Of a stretch of 64,000 bases of DNA, positions 11,270 through 23,727 are shown in pieces (within the stretch, counting starts at the first letter, position 1; the number at the start of each line of letters is the position of its first letter). The DNA is taken from the NCBI RefSeq assembly GCF_032444005.1, contig NC_091286.1, positions 51,150,001 to 51,214,000 on the forward strand, given 5' to 3'. This DNA is from Ranitomeya imitator. Lineage: Eukaryota. The notes below the pieces were generated by a model. That model saw only the letters and a list, made by a program, of their open reading frames with translations. It ran no database searches and was not told where the DNA came from. A program made the translations under genes and the position numbers.

Positions 11270-13798
11270 GTTAGCTTAGTTACATAGTCATCCCATGGAG
11301 CCCAGATGCAATTGAACAAATCAAGTTGATTATTAATACAGGCCGTAAGATTCTCCATATGTCTCATTTCTTTAATCTTCATCTGGAGTTTTGTCATAGT
11401 GGGAGCTGATCTTTTCTTCCACTAATAGACACTTCGCCGATGTTAGGATATGGAGGAGCAGCCTGGTAGGGCCCTTTGTCATGGGCACGGGGGGAACATT
11501 AAGCAAAAAAGTCACAGGATCCAGAGGAATCTCTACATCTAACACCTGAGAAATCAACCCCTGTACTCTCTTCCAGAATGGGGATATAGTCTGGCAATCC
11601 CAGAATATATGTGGCAATGAGCCCACAGCCCCCGGGCATCTCCAGCATTTATCCGACGTGGCAGGGTAAATATTATGTAAAACCTCCGGCATCAGTATCT
11701 TGTACTGATTTTCCTTTTGTGTTATGCATGGTGACGATTTAGCTGCCTTAGACCATATGACCTGCCAGATAGGAAGCGGAAGTTCCCTTCACAGGTATCT
11801 CTCCCACTTTATCATGTAAGCATGCTTAGGAGGGGGGTCTGATGGCGGAGTGAACAGTATACTATAAATGTCCGTGATCAAACTCTTTGTAGAGGGATTC
11901 CCTTTACAGAGTCGCTTAAAGGGAGTGGGGGTGGAGAACGTTGTGTTTTTATGTAAAGTTAAGGCCAGATGGCGGATTTGTAAATATGAGTAGTAGGTCC
12001 TAAGTGGGAGTTTAAACCGCTCTCTAAGAGTCTGAAAAGGAAGAATATTTCTATTAAAGGGGTCTACAATATCAGAGTAATAAAATAATTGTGCTTGAAG
12101 CCATGGTTCTGTCGTAGCTGCTGTAAGACTATCAGGTATGGAGGGTGTAAAAAGGAAGGAGATCAAAGAGGGCTTGGGGATCAATGGAAAGGCCTTGCTG
12201 CTTATCCTCCTAATTTTCATTGAAAATGCCATAGAGCCCAGCAGAGGCATTGAGGGGCATGTACTCCCATCTCCCCATAGCAATCGATTGGAATGCGCTG
12301 GAGCCATCCAAAGTTTCTCGATTTCTACCCATTTGTTATAAGCCCGCAAGGAGGCCCAAGCTGGTATCCTTCTAAGGTGCATGGCCAAGTAATATCTCCA
12401 GATGTCTGGAAGGGCAATACCCCCTGCGTTTATGTGAGGACTGATTTAGATATTCGATGTCGTCTCTGACCCCCCAAAAAATTAAGAAGCACAGTCTGAA
12501 ACCTCCTCAACACCGCTCGTGCGATTGGCACCGGCAAAACCTCCACCATGCATAAGAACATAGGTATAATAGACATCTTTATCGCATTTGCTCTGCCAAA
12601 AAGTGAGAGAGGAAGTTTAGACCATCTAGAAAGTAACCCATTAAACTCTTGAAAGAAGGCTTGGAAATTATGTCTATAAAGGGAGTCATAAGAGCTGGTC
12701 AGGAAAATACCCAAATAAGGAAAATACCCAAATATTTAATTTAGGTGTCCTTCCAAGCAAATTTAAACTTTGATTTCAGAGCGTCCATCATTGCGCATGG
12801 TAAGTTAATTGGGAGAGCTTCAGTCTTTGTTGTATTTACCTTATAACCTGAGAGTAGTCCATATTATATCAAGGTAGATTGAAGATTGGGGAGGTAAATG
12901 TGTGGGTTGGTGAGGGTGAAGAGAATATCATCTGCAAATAGAGACAACTTGAACTATCTCTCCCGTACCATAATGCCCTGGATATCTGGATTATTCAATG
13001 GGGTTGAAGTGCTACTTAAAGAAAGCCTGTCCCTTTCTGTCACTTGAATTTGGAGGGAACAATCTTCAGCCATGGAGGCGGGGATTTGGGTTTTTGATTC
13101 ACCCTTTCCTTACCCGCTGGCTGCATGCTGGCTGCAATATTGGATTGAAGTTCATTCTCTGTCCTCCGTAGTACATGCCTGCACAAGGTAATCTTGCCTT
13201 GCGCAGGCGTGTACTATGGAGGGCAGAGAATGAACTTCAATCCAATATTGCAGCCAGCATGCAGCCAGTGGGTAAGGAAAGGGTGAATCAAAATCCCCAA
13301 ACCCCCGCCTCCATGGCTGAAGATTGTTCCCTCCAAATTCAGGTGACAGTGTCCCTTTAATGCTGAAAAAATCAAATTAAAATCACCCCCCAAATATAGC
13401 GCATGTGATGGGGTTTTACGCAATTTAGCTAATACCCGATTTAGGAAAAGTAACTGTCCAGAATTGGGGACATATACGTTACATAGTATCACAGGGACTC
13501 CCTTCAAAGTTCCCGTTAGGATCAAGTATCGTCCATTAGGGTCTGAGTCCAAGCTAATAACCTGGAAAGGGCAATTTTGAGCTATCATAATCGCCACTCC
13601 CGCTTTTTTCCTATTTTGGGTGGCTGTATATACAATTGGGAATCTTCCCCTAACAAAGTTGAAGGATCCTGTTTCATCATGGTGTGTCTCCTGCAGAAGC
13701 ACAATATCTGCCTTTGAAGACTTCAATTCTCATAGAAGGAGCTGTCTCTTAACATCCGAGTTGAGCCTCTTAACATTTAATGACATGAGACGCACCAT
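11270..13798 (-). pseudogene. L1 ORF2 remnant (APE endonuclease, C-terminal RT, CCHC region)
   Basis: MVRLMSLNV..ADIVLLQETH..DPNGRYLIL..NVYVPN..GGDFN; FKLSLFADDIL; YLGI; CWRC..SLPHIFWDC. Stops and frameshifts; RT N-terminal motifs absent. End coordinate approximate. Confidence 0.85.
13020..13356. mobile_element. Palindromic Kolobok/T2-type MITE inserted in L1 ORF2
   Basis: TTAA at 13016-13019 and 13357-13360; almost the whole element is one hairpin centred near 13190. Confidence 0.8.
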
Positions 13799-14381
13799 GA
13801 TAGAGCCATTGTCTAAAAAAAAAACACAATATATACGAGATGAAGCAATATATCTCACCCCTTCCAGGTCCACTGGCCCCCCTCTTTACCAAGTAGTGGC
13901 CCACTAAGCTGCCCACTCCATACTGGGATAGATACATGATGCCGTTACCTAGGAGAAGACAAAGAAAAGAAGGAAGACAAGAAGGAGGAGGGAGAAGGGA
14001 AGCTAGGGAAGAAACAAACTCTTGGTTCGATTACTTTTTGAACCATGATCAAAATCCAACATTGACCATATTCCTTCTCTGACACCCAAACTGACATCAG
14101 GAAACTGGAAATGTCAATACAGGGGTAAAAAACAGGAAAATAAAACGAACTAGAAGATTCTGGAGATTTCAAGTAGTCTGAGCGGTTGGAGTGCCTTTTT
14201 GCACTCCCTGCCAGCCTTGCAGTTGAGGCAGTATTATCTTGTGCGGTCATATTTCTGTAGATATAAGATGATCCGTAGTGCAAGTCTCAGTGTATGTTCA
14301 TGTTGACAAGACAGGCAAAATAGTCCTCTTAATTTTCCATCAGCGCCTAGAAGGGTGGTGGTTTTTCTCCTGAGATAGGTC

Positions 14382-15243
14382 CTAGGGGAGAGGCATGCTG
14401 CTTTTTAGCTGAAACTTGCTGCCAAGCTGGAGACGGCGGTGGAGCAGGGGGATCAGTTCCCAGTTTGGTAGTTTTGGGACCGGAATTTCTAAGGCTGAGC
14501 AAAACAGGTGCAGGTCAGCTGCAACTCTAAAGGTGGTTGAGTGGCCATTTCTTCTGGCTGAAAGGCTGAATGGGAACCCCCATGTGTACATGATTTGGTT
14601 ATCTTTCAATGTTGTTAGAAGAAGACGTAGCAGACGCCTCCTTTGCAGAGTGACCCAGGAGAGGTCTGGCAGGATCTGGAGTTGATTTCCCTCAAACTCA
14701 ATGCTCTGTTTTCTCCTGGCATGGAACATTATTTCTTCCTTTAGTCCATGATGTGTGACACAGCATATGATATCGCGGGGCAGTGGAGATGATCCTTTAG
14801 GACGTAGTTTTCTATGTGCACTATCTAGTTTGATCTGTTGAGCAGGAGGAGCATCCATTATTTTGTTAAAAATATTCTGTAAAATCTTAGGAAGATTTTC
14901 CTCGCCGTGAGGTTCTGCAAGCTACGAACACTAAAATTATGTCTGCGCCCCTATTGTCCAAATCCTCCAAGTGTCTTTGATAGTCACAAATTGCTTCATG
15001 CTGCACCAGAACCGTGGAATGGAGCACTGTGCATAACTCCCTCTGGTTCCCCTCTAATGCTCCAGGGATCTCGCCACTGCCCTTTTGTTCCTGTATAGTG
15101 GCCTTGGGCACCATTGCTCCATGGACAGCAGCTGAGGCTGAGGTGTCTGCCTGTAAATAAACATCCAGCGGTCCCTGGGTCACAGTGCCGGCATTAATTG
15201 TCATTATTCTTGTCTGTGCACGCTGTGCGGTCTTTCTGACCAT
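14382..15243 (-). pseudogene. L1 ORF1 remnant (RRM/CTD, Transposase_22-like)
   Basis: LDSAHR..PRDIICC..KEEIM..AR..FEGNQLQILPDLS..TLQRRR..WGFPFSL, split by frameshifts. Confidence 0.85.
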
Positions 15244-15705
15244 AATTTATGGTCCTGGGGCTGCCTTTTCAGATATAAAACCGTTATTTTAGGGCTGGCA
15301 GGGAGCAGAACTCAGCACCATGCGTCCTACTCCATCCACTTCTGGGAACGCCCCCCATATTCACTACTTTAATGAGCAGTACCAGTGACCGCTGAACACA
15401 GGAACAAGATGCCGGCCAGGGAGATGGAGAAGCAGAGAATGTGTCGGGAGGGTGAGTGTAATGGGGGAGGGTTAGCATTGCTATATTCACCTGTCCCCAT
15501 TCCACCGCTGGGCTCCATCTTCCGCGTCCTCTGGCTGTGACATTCAGGTCAGAGAGCACAATGACGTGGTTAGTGTGCACCCTCTGCCAGAACAGTCAGA
15601 GAGCCAGAAGACGGAGTGGCATACGGCGGTGTAACGGGGACAGGTGAATTTCGCAAGTGTCGGGGGCCTGAGCAACGAGAGTTGAGTATGTCATTTTTTT
15701 CAACG

Positions 15706-16236
15706 CAGCAGCATATGGGGCATAATCTATGGAGCATCTTATGAGGCTATCAACCTTTGTGCAGCATTATATGGGGCATAATCTATGGAACATCTTATGG
15801 GGCCATCATTCTTTGTGCAGCATTATATGGGGGATAATATTCTATGGAGCATCTTATGGGGCCATCAACCTTTATGCAGCGTTATATGGGACATAATCTA
15901 TGTTGCATCTTATGTGGCCATCAACCTTTGTTTAGCGTTTTATGGGGCATAATCTATGGAGCATCTTATGGGTCCATCAACCTTTGTGCAGCATTATATG
16001 GGGCATAATCTATGGAGCATCTTATGGGGCCATCAATCTTTGTGCAGCATTATATGGGGCATAATATTCTATGGAGCATCTTATGGGGCCATCAGTAACA
16101 TTTTGTGCAACATTATATGGGGCATATTTTAATATGGAGCATCTTATGGAGCCCATCATGAACTTTATGGAGCATTATATGGGCGTATTTTGTATGGAGT
16201 ATCTTATGGGGCACATCATGAACTGTATGGAGCATT
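15706..16236 (+). repeat. Minisatellite, about 9 copies of a 56-62 bp unit
   Basis: Unit GCAGCATTATATGGGGCATAATCTATGGAGCATCTTATGGGGCCATCAACCTTTGT, degenerating toward the right end. Confidence 0.9.
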
Positions 16237-16914
16237 ATATGGAGCTCCTGATTCAATATGGATATTCAAAAACACTTAACCTACTGATGTCTCAATCAAT
16301 TTTAATTTTATTGGTATCTGTTTTTATTTTTGAAATTTACCAGTAGCTGCTGCATTTCCCACCCTAGGCTTATTCTTGAGTCAATAAGTTTTCCCATTTT
16401 TTGTGGCAAAATTAGGGGTCTCGGCTTATACTCGGGTCAGTATTTATATATCTATATTAAATGTGGTCGTCTGGTATTTTAAGAACATTGCCTTAAAGAA
16501 TGTAATGTTATAAATTAGCATAACTCACTTTATAAATACCACTCTGCCACCACAACAGATACATCATTCATGTGATGGCTGCTGACAATCACTGGTCACA
16601 AAGGTGATACATGAAGGTACAGCATGTGACCAGTGTAACCAGTGATTGGTTGCTGAAGACATGTGAATGGTTTTTAATGACATCACTTTGGGACTGTCAG
16701 GAACTAGAAGAGCTATGGGAGATTTAAAATGTGAATTATGTTTGGGGATATGTTATATTTTTTTGTTATTTTATCACATTTGCTGCTCTTAGGCAACTAC
16801 CAGTTTTCCTAAAATCCTAGACAACTCCATTAATTTCTCACATTTTGACATTCCACTACTGTCTGGACCAAATCTATCTATATCGAGCTCAAAAGATGTT
16901 CATATTACAGGTAG

Positions 16915-17334
16915 GTATTGGAGAAACAAATGGGTTATTTCTGTGCTGCCATGTAGAAAGGATAAAGGACGCCAATCTGAGTACAAGTGGTTTAATTGTC
17001 AGCACGTTTCAAAGTATACAACTTCTTCTTCAGGTAGTGGTTGCCCTGAAGAAGTTGTATACTTCGAAATGCATTGACGATTAAACCACTTATCCTAGGT
17101 TATCCTAGGATTGGCAGCCTTTGTCCTTTCTACAGGGCAGTACAGAATTAACCCATTTGTTCCTCCACTACCTACACTTTCATCTCCTCGTGGGTCTGGA
17201 GGAGCCTCAAGCTTTCTCAGTGGTTGTGTGCACAGAACACGACCAGATGAGCACAATTGTGCAATTCTTTTAACTTGGTTACCCAGATTAGACCCTATTT
17301 AGCGTTTTGTCTTTCTCCAGTCTTTTCTCCGTCA
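16915..17334. mobile_element. Second, smaller ORF-less palindromic element with two decayed hammerhead motifs
   Basis: Inverted arms ~16911-17034 and 17045-17175, 10-bp spacer, ~160-bp tail, 14-bp TSD CATAT(T/C)ACAGGTAG (16901-16914, 17335-17348); both arms start at CCTGAAGAAG...GAAA. Confidence 0.75.
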
Positions 17335-18465
17335 CATATCACAGGTAGCACAGAGCAACAGGAAGCAAAGCTGATGCATTTTTGAGGCTAGAAATGCAAA
17401 TCAATGTTAATACTATATATACAGATTTGTCTGAAATATCACCCACTAGTGTAGAAAAGTTGATTTTGTCACTAAGCTTCGTATGAACATCTTTATGATC
17501 CATATAGCAATGGCCCACTCATAAAATGACACACTCAGCTCTGCAACTCTATATTTCTACAACAATGTTGAGTTTTCATATCCTCGTAAAAGAATAAAAT
17601 TAATCTTGGATCAATTTTCTTCTATAGGTAATTTTAATGAATATAAATGTGCTTTCATTAATGTTCTGATGATGCAATTAATCAAATTAATCAATTTTGT
17701 GAGCATCTAATGGACTTATAGTGAACTGTTATCACTATTATCCTCTAAACCATAAATTTCCTGAATGGCATTAGCCATCCTGGTAACATTAATATCTTTA
17801 TCTTATCTTATAGCTTTCTTAAGTTGATGGGTATGAGAGATATGTCTTTTTTGTAGAAAATCTCTCTGCTTTAAAATTGTCCTGCATTTATTTTAGTTAC
17901 TACAAGAAAAGACTTCTCTGAGACTTGAAAGATCCCCTCCACTAGCATCAGAAATAGACTCCATTTCGATCTGTCACTAAAAGTGGAAATAAATGTTCAT
18001 CATATTGAAATAGTCTTCTTCAGTATCAGTGTTACTTTACATTACCTTGGATTAGTTCATCACTTGACCAGCAACCTACGGTTGGGCTAAACAACCTCAA
18101 AAGCTGCCCATAGACATTAGCCTAAGGACTCATTAATGTCAGCCGAATAGGCTGATTTTGATGGTCTTAGCCTGGCCACATAATGCATAAAAGGGTTTCA
18201 CAACTAATGGTAGATATTTCAAGGAAAAGAATCAGGCAGTTGGATTTCAACATATCCAATCCTTAATTTTTCAAAAGAGATAAGCTGCCACCAAATGAGT
18301 CTAGTAGCAGTGTTGTCTCCTCTTTGCATATAGATATGAGTTTCGTGTTTCTAGGATGGTCCTTGGAAAATGCCTAAAATTCATAAACCTTCAAAAAACA
18401 CATTTAAAAAAAGTAATTGATGGACATTTTACGATCAAATTATGCAGACTCCAATCAAACATTAG

Positions 18466-19544
18466 CCTCTTCACGACATTTGACATATATGTACGTCAAA
18501 AGTCGTGTCCCCACCTTTGATGTAGGCTAGCATGCTGAGCTCACATTTTTCTCTGTACATGATGGTTGATTTAATCAGCCATCACTGTGCTCCACCCATG
18601 GCATTTAACAAGCTCAGGCGGGCGGCGTGTCATTCCATGCTCCCATAGGCACCCCAGTGAGGTGATCATGGGGTGTTGATGGGTTGTCATAACAACTAGA
18701 AGGGGTCTGCTGATATCCTAATAACCCACGAGCCGGTGGGTGCTGTTCATAGGAGATCGTGATTTTAGCTAGAAGCCCTGCAATGTATAGCAAAGGCAAT
18801 CTGATGATAGCAGCATCAAGTCCTTTAAGGGAACTATTAAATATAGTGAAAAGTGAAAAAAAAAAGTTTTTCAATATCTGAAATAAATAATAAACAGAAG
18901 AGTCCAAATCACCCTCTTTTGTCCCATGAAAAATAAAACAATTATACAAAAAAATACACATATTTGGTATTGCTGCATTCAGAAATGTTAGAAATGTTCC
19001 ATCTATCAAAATATAAAACAAATGAATCCTATTGGTAAATGGCATAACAAAAAAAAAATCAAAACACCAGAATTAGTTTTTTAGGCCAAAAAAATGCAAT
19101 AAGAGGCAATCAAAACATCATGTCTATTGTTTAACCCAAAATGGTATCAGTAAAAATGTCCACTTAGGGAGCAAAAATAAGCCATCATATCCTAAAAAAA
19201 AGAAAAATTCTTTCAGAATTTTTTTCACCACTGAAAAATGTAACTATACATGTTTGGTATCTGTTTACTTGTACTGACCTGGAGAATTATACAAACAGGC
19301 CACGTTTACATGGTAAATAAAAAAAAATGCAGAAAGAAATTGTGAAATTCTACTTTTTTTTGCAATTTCAACGCACTTGGATTTTTTCCCTGCTTTCCAA
19401 TGCACTAAGTGGTAAAATGAATGCTGTCATTCAAAAATTATTCAAAACAAGCCCTCATATGGCTTATTGGATGAAAAAAATATATATTTCTCTTGGAAGA
19501 AGGGAAGAAAAAAAACCCAAAAATGATTAAATGGAAAATTGGGG
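18466..19544. mobile_element. piggyBac-like non-autonomous element (decayed)
   Basis: TTAG|CCTCTTCACGAC left, GGGG|TTAA right; internal similarity to other TTAA elements in the window. Confidence 0.55.
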
Positions 19545-20655
19545 TTAAAGAGGGAGTGCCACACTCACTTGAGTGAAATGGAATCGGACCAAGCAGCACT
19601 AATGCGTCATCTGTCAGCAAAAAAAAACTTTTCTGACTCTTCTATTGTCTTCAGCACTAGTTTTAGTATTTTGTTTCATCTTTTCACATCTACCCATAAA
19701 TGAAAAGTAATATATATTTATTTCATAATGTCATAATTTGATAGATATATTAGAATAAGATTTCACAGCAGTATATTAGCTCTTTTTCTGTTCTACTGAA
19801 AGTCATCAGGTGAAGCACAGAGATCAGTGACATACCACTGTGCCATGCAAGTGTAGAAAAGTTCTATAAAAGAACAGAGCTTTGATAACAAAGAAGAATA
19901 ACTGCACGGTAATTAAAAAGAGAGAACAGGTCACAATTATTTTTATAATATAGATGAATATTTAATACTAAGGGCATGTTCACATGTGATGGAAAAAGTT
20001 ATGGAAGCTCAACAAAATCCTGGTTCTTGCATGGATTTCACCCTTTGCATTTCAATGGGTGAAATTCATAATTAAAATACACTGAAAGAATTTAGATGCT
20101 ACAGATCTGCAGCACAAGTCAATTTTCCAATGGAAACAATTTTACCAGAATTAATTTCATTCACTTTGCTGTTCCCATAATTTACTTTTTGAATTCCCCT
20201 CCATAAATTGAGATGCCCAATATGCGACATGAGCTTGCCCTAACAGTTTAAATAGTTTTTAATACAGGTGAATATTACTGCACACAAAAGCAATGTGTCC
20301 ATTAAGGGTTGAAGAAAAGTGAAGGATGACTGGTAGGCAGAGTAGGCAGCAATGAAGTGTGGCATTAAGAGGGAAGGATAATATCTGGAAATAGTAACAA
20401 TTGTTCATCCCTCTTTTTCTATAATATGTATGGGACTTTGTATTTGAAATGCTGATAATGATCTTGGTGTACAAGCTTTTTCTTTAATGGTGAAGCAATA
20501 GTAGGATGAGCAAAAGAACTGCTCATATTAAAGGAAACCAGAAGGCTGATAATGGCTGAAACATGCTGCCCGACCCATGGCATGTCAGGCATGTAACACT
20601 CCATAAAGCAAAACATTACCATTTAGACCTCAATCTCTTACATAATATCTTATGC

Positions 20656-20699
20656 TTTGCACTGAAGAGGGGCACTCCCCCTAAACATGTGTCTGCAAA
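20656..20699 (+). ncRNA. Hammerhead motif with G12 mutated (probably inactive)
   Basis: UUUGCA-CUGAAGA-GGGG-CACU-CCCC-C-UAAAC-AUGU-GUC-UGCAAA: 6-bp helix I, 4-bp stem II, GUC site, GAAA>UAAA. Confidence 0.6.
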
Positions 20700-20830
20700 T
20701 TGAGATTTTCTTTTGGCTTTAATACTACGTTAGGTGGCAAGGCTTGTTAAAGGGTTGATATTGACTTTTAATATTGTTATTTCCAACAGTTGGTTCTAGA
20801 GATCCAGTCTTCTTCCTCATTAAAGAGAAT

Positions 20831-20838
20831 ATTTGCAT
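20831..20838 (+). promoter_or_regulatory. Octamer motif ATTTGCAT inside the HHR tandem unit
   Basis: Exact match; function is only inferred. Confidence 0.35.
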
Positions 20839-20874
20839 ATTTAATTTCCCGGATGAGCGTTGCACAGTCTATAA

Positions 20875-21236
20875 GTCTACAAGATTTCTACCGCACATCC
20901 CTTCTACTTTGAAACTCTCTACCCCAAGATATCAGACTCTCGCCTATCGTGGAATCAATCAAAAGGAACCTGAAGATCTACCTCTTCCAACAAGCCTACA
21001 ACCTGCAGTAACCACCAAACTGCTGTACGACCAGCTCTACCCTCATCTACTGTATCATCTCCCATCCCTTGTAGATTGTGAGCCCTCGCAGGCAGGGTCC
21101 TCGCTCCTTCTGTACCAGTCGTGACTTGCATTGTTTAAGATAACTGTACTTATTTTTATTACGTACACCCCTCCTCACATGTACAGTGCCATGGATTAAA
21201 TGGCGCTATAATAATAAATAATAATAATAATAATAA
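20875..21236 (+). mobile_element. 5'-truncated L2 LINE 3' end
   Basis: Encodes LQDFYRTSLLL*NSLPQDIRLSPIVESIKRNLKIYLFQQAYNLQ*; L2-type 3' UTR (TAGATTGTGAGCCC..GGCAGGG..TGTACAGTGC..GGCGCTATA) and (TAA)n tail. Confidence 0.8.
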
Positions 21237-23727
21237 GCCTCTTTACCTTGCCATGTCAAGCATGTCAATCACTATAAGGAGAAACATTACCTCTGAGACC
21301 CTAGTCAGAGGCCTATCATACAGCCATATCAGATCTCATGTTTTGTGTTGAGGAGAGGAAACAACCCCAAAACACATGATTCTGGTTTGGCTTTTATCCT
21401 AAGTCATGTGGCAAAGGGTTGATATTGACTTTTAGTGTTGCTGATTACAATAGCTAGTGCTGAAGTTAAGTCTTCTTCCTCTCTAAAGAAACAGTGCAGA
21501 GTTTCAGACTCAAACATACATGGTTAAATCATACAGCCAGAGTCTCATACACGTTGCTTGTGGATCTGGAAAAATCAGCTGTAAAATTCTCTTTAAGGAG
21601 GAAAATATATAAAACAAAGGATTAAAAAGAAATGCATTCACTTTCTGGTGCCTAAACCTAGCCACTAAAAGATTCAATCAAGTCACTATATTTGCTTTGG
21701 AAGCTTCATTTAGAACCTCTGTCACCGATCCGGATAAAACTGATGGGCGTCATGATGGATCCTTACTATAATGGGGTATGATGGGTACAGCTTGTGTGTG
21801 GCATAATACCACCACCGTTAACTTCTGAGAATTTCACCCTTGTTAGTTTCATTCTTACTTTTACGCCTTTTTTTTGTGATACGTTCTCTTCAAAACTGAT
21901 CCAGTACAATGTTGTAAGATAAGCCGGTATTTATTTTATACCAAAAAACGTGTATACTTTTCAGTGCAATAATATTGATCTTGTGCTCTACATAAAAGAA
22001 AACATCTTGCTCAGTAGAGTTACACAAGGATAGGGCAGGAGAATGTGGAAATGATATTTTGATGGCACACATGATCAAGTGCTTAAAGACAACAGACCTG
22101 CTCTTTATGATTTAGTACAGATTAATAAGTGTATTCAAGAGCCCTTTATGACATTTTGAAATTGAGAAATCTTTTGGAGAGGACAGGAAGAGCTCAATTT
22201 TCTGATCTGTTCCTCATATTGTAATTTGAAATGCCAGACTATTATTCTCAAGGACAGGCCCTTGTGGACCACCTGAAGTTTTCTCACTCAGTTTTACTCC
22301 TGAAATAATATACAGTAGTCTGTTTCCAATTTGGCTTACTGTTATAAAAGTTAAGTTTGTCTTTTTCTTTTTTTGTGTCCTGATTGTAAGATGAAAGGGT
22401 TTCCTGCTTATTATTAGCATTATAATAATGTCAGTGAGAATAAAATTAATTATGATTTGTAAAACCACTTTTCCTGGATTCCCAAAATTTTACTAATTGA
22501 AGTGGGTCCCAGGATTTTTACAAAGCGAAAAGAACATGGAATATATCAGGGATGCATATCGAGACAATCTTTAGACTCTCGAAAATAATAATTACATTCC
22601 ATAAAATATTACCAGTATAGCAGCCTGCAGCTGTGGAAACTTACCAAAAGCATCATCGAAAAGCATTGGGTTGTAGGTCTCTACTAGAGATGAGGGATCT
22701 GATAAAATGTGAATTTACCGAATCATGCACATTTGATTGTGCTACTTGAATGTTCCTTATTATTCTATAGAGTTTCTCTAGATCCTGAAATATAATAAAT
22801 GTAAGATGTAAGAAGAGTGAAAAAAATATACCTCACCGCTCACTCATGTCTACTGTCCCATCCCCCGCAACCCTGTCGCGCCACATCTCCGGCCATGTGT
22901 TCACTCTAGACCACGGCTTTGGGCCACAAACAGGCCTCTGAGTTCACTTTGCATGTCAAGTGAACACCTGGGACTCCTTGAGCAGTTTTGAAATTTCTTT
23001 ACAGAGAACCTGACAGCTGATTCATGCTCCCTGATCCACGGGCAGCACGTATCAAACATTGGCTGTATGATTTCAGAACGCACCAGGCTGAGATCATGCA
23101 GCCATTGCCGGGCACATGCTGCTCGTGGATCGGGCAGCATCGCCTGTCAGGTTTCTTTTAAGAAACTTTGAACCATTTTATTTCCAAGGAAGCATGTGGG
23201 TACATTGTGGCTTTAGACAAGCATTCCTTAAGCTTTGATTCTGGGATCATTTTTTAAAACCTTAGTAGGGGCTATAGACAAAAATCACACAAGAAATGTT
23301 CTCTCCCTCTCTTTTAATTAAAAACTACATTTATCGGCATAAAATAGAACCACAATAAAAGAAAAAAATAACAACAAGAAAGACAAAAGAGGAATCCAGT
23401 GGTGTATGACCAGGGTATAGGAGTATGAGAATGCCCAACTTTTATGCAGAAAAAACACAATGTTATGGAAAAAAGGTATATCCCACAAGGTATGTTATGG
23501 GAAAATATGGGTTTGGAAGTTATAAATACAAGAAAGCAAGAATACCTCTTCATGTAAGCTTAAATACACAAGAACTGCCCCATAGACTATCACTTGTAAA
23601 GCTGGTGTCTGAATGAGCCCTAGGATAGCATTCACACATTGAGTGTTTTGGTGAGTTGTTTACATCAGTACCTGTCAGCCAAAACCACGAGTGGAACAAT
23701 CAGAGGAAACATGTGCACCTTTCCTTA

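Larger units (their letters stand above)
10997..15355 (-). mobile_element. L1 LINE with both termini but internally deleted
   Basis: 5' end GGGGGCG at 15355; AATAAA at 11007-11012 (minus); TSD CATATTCA(T/C)TACTTT (10982-10996, 15356-15370) with a TT/AAAG endonuclease site; ORF1 and ORF2 remnants. Confidence 0.9.
10703..16440. mobile_element. Tc1/mariner-pogo-type MITE interrupted by an L1 and containing a minisatellite
   Basis: Left end TA|..GTATATACTCGAGTATAAGCCGA; right-end CTCGGCTTATACTCG subrepeats; host sequence resumes across the L1 TSD. Right terminus eroded. Confidence 0.65.
20580..21488 (+). repeat. Decayed head-to-tail dimer of a ~309-bp HHR-bearing unit, split by an L2 insertion
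   Basis: Shared blocks CATGTCA.GCATGT, AAACATTACC, AAAGGGTTGATATTGACTTTTA and AGTCTTCTTCCTC; period 309 bp once the 362-bp L2 insertion is removed. Confidence 0.7.
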
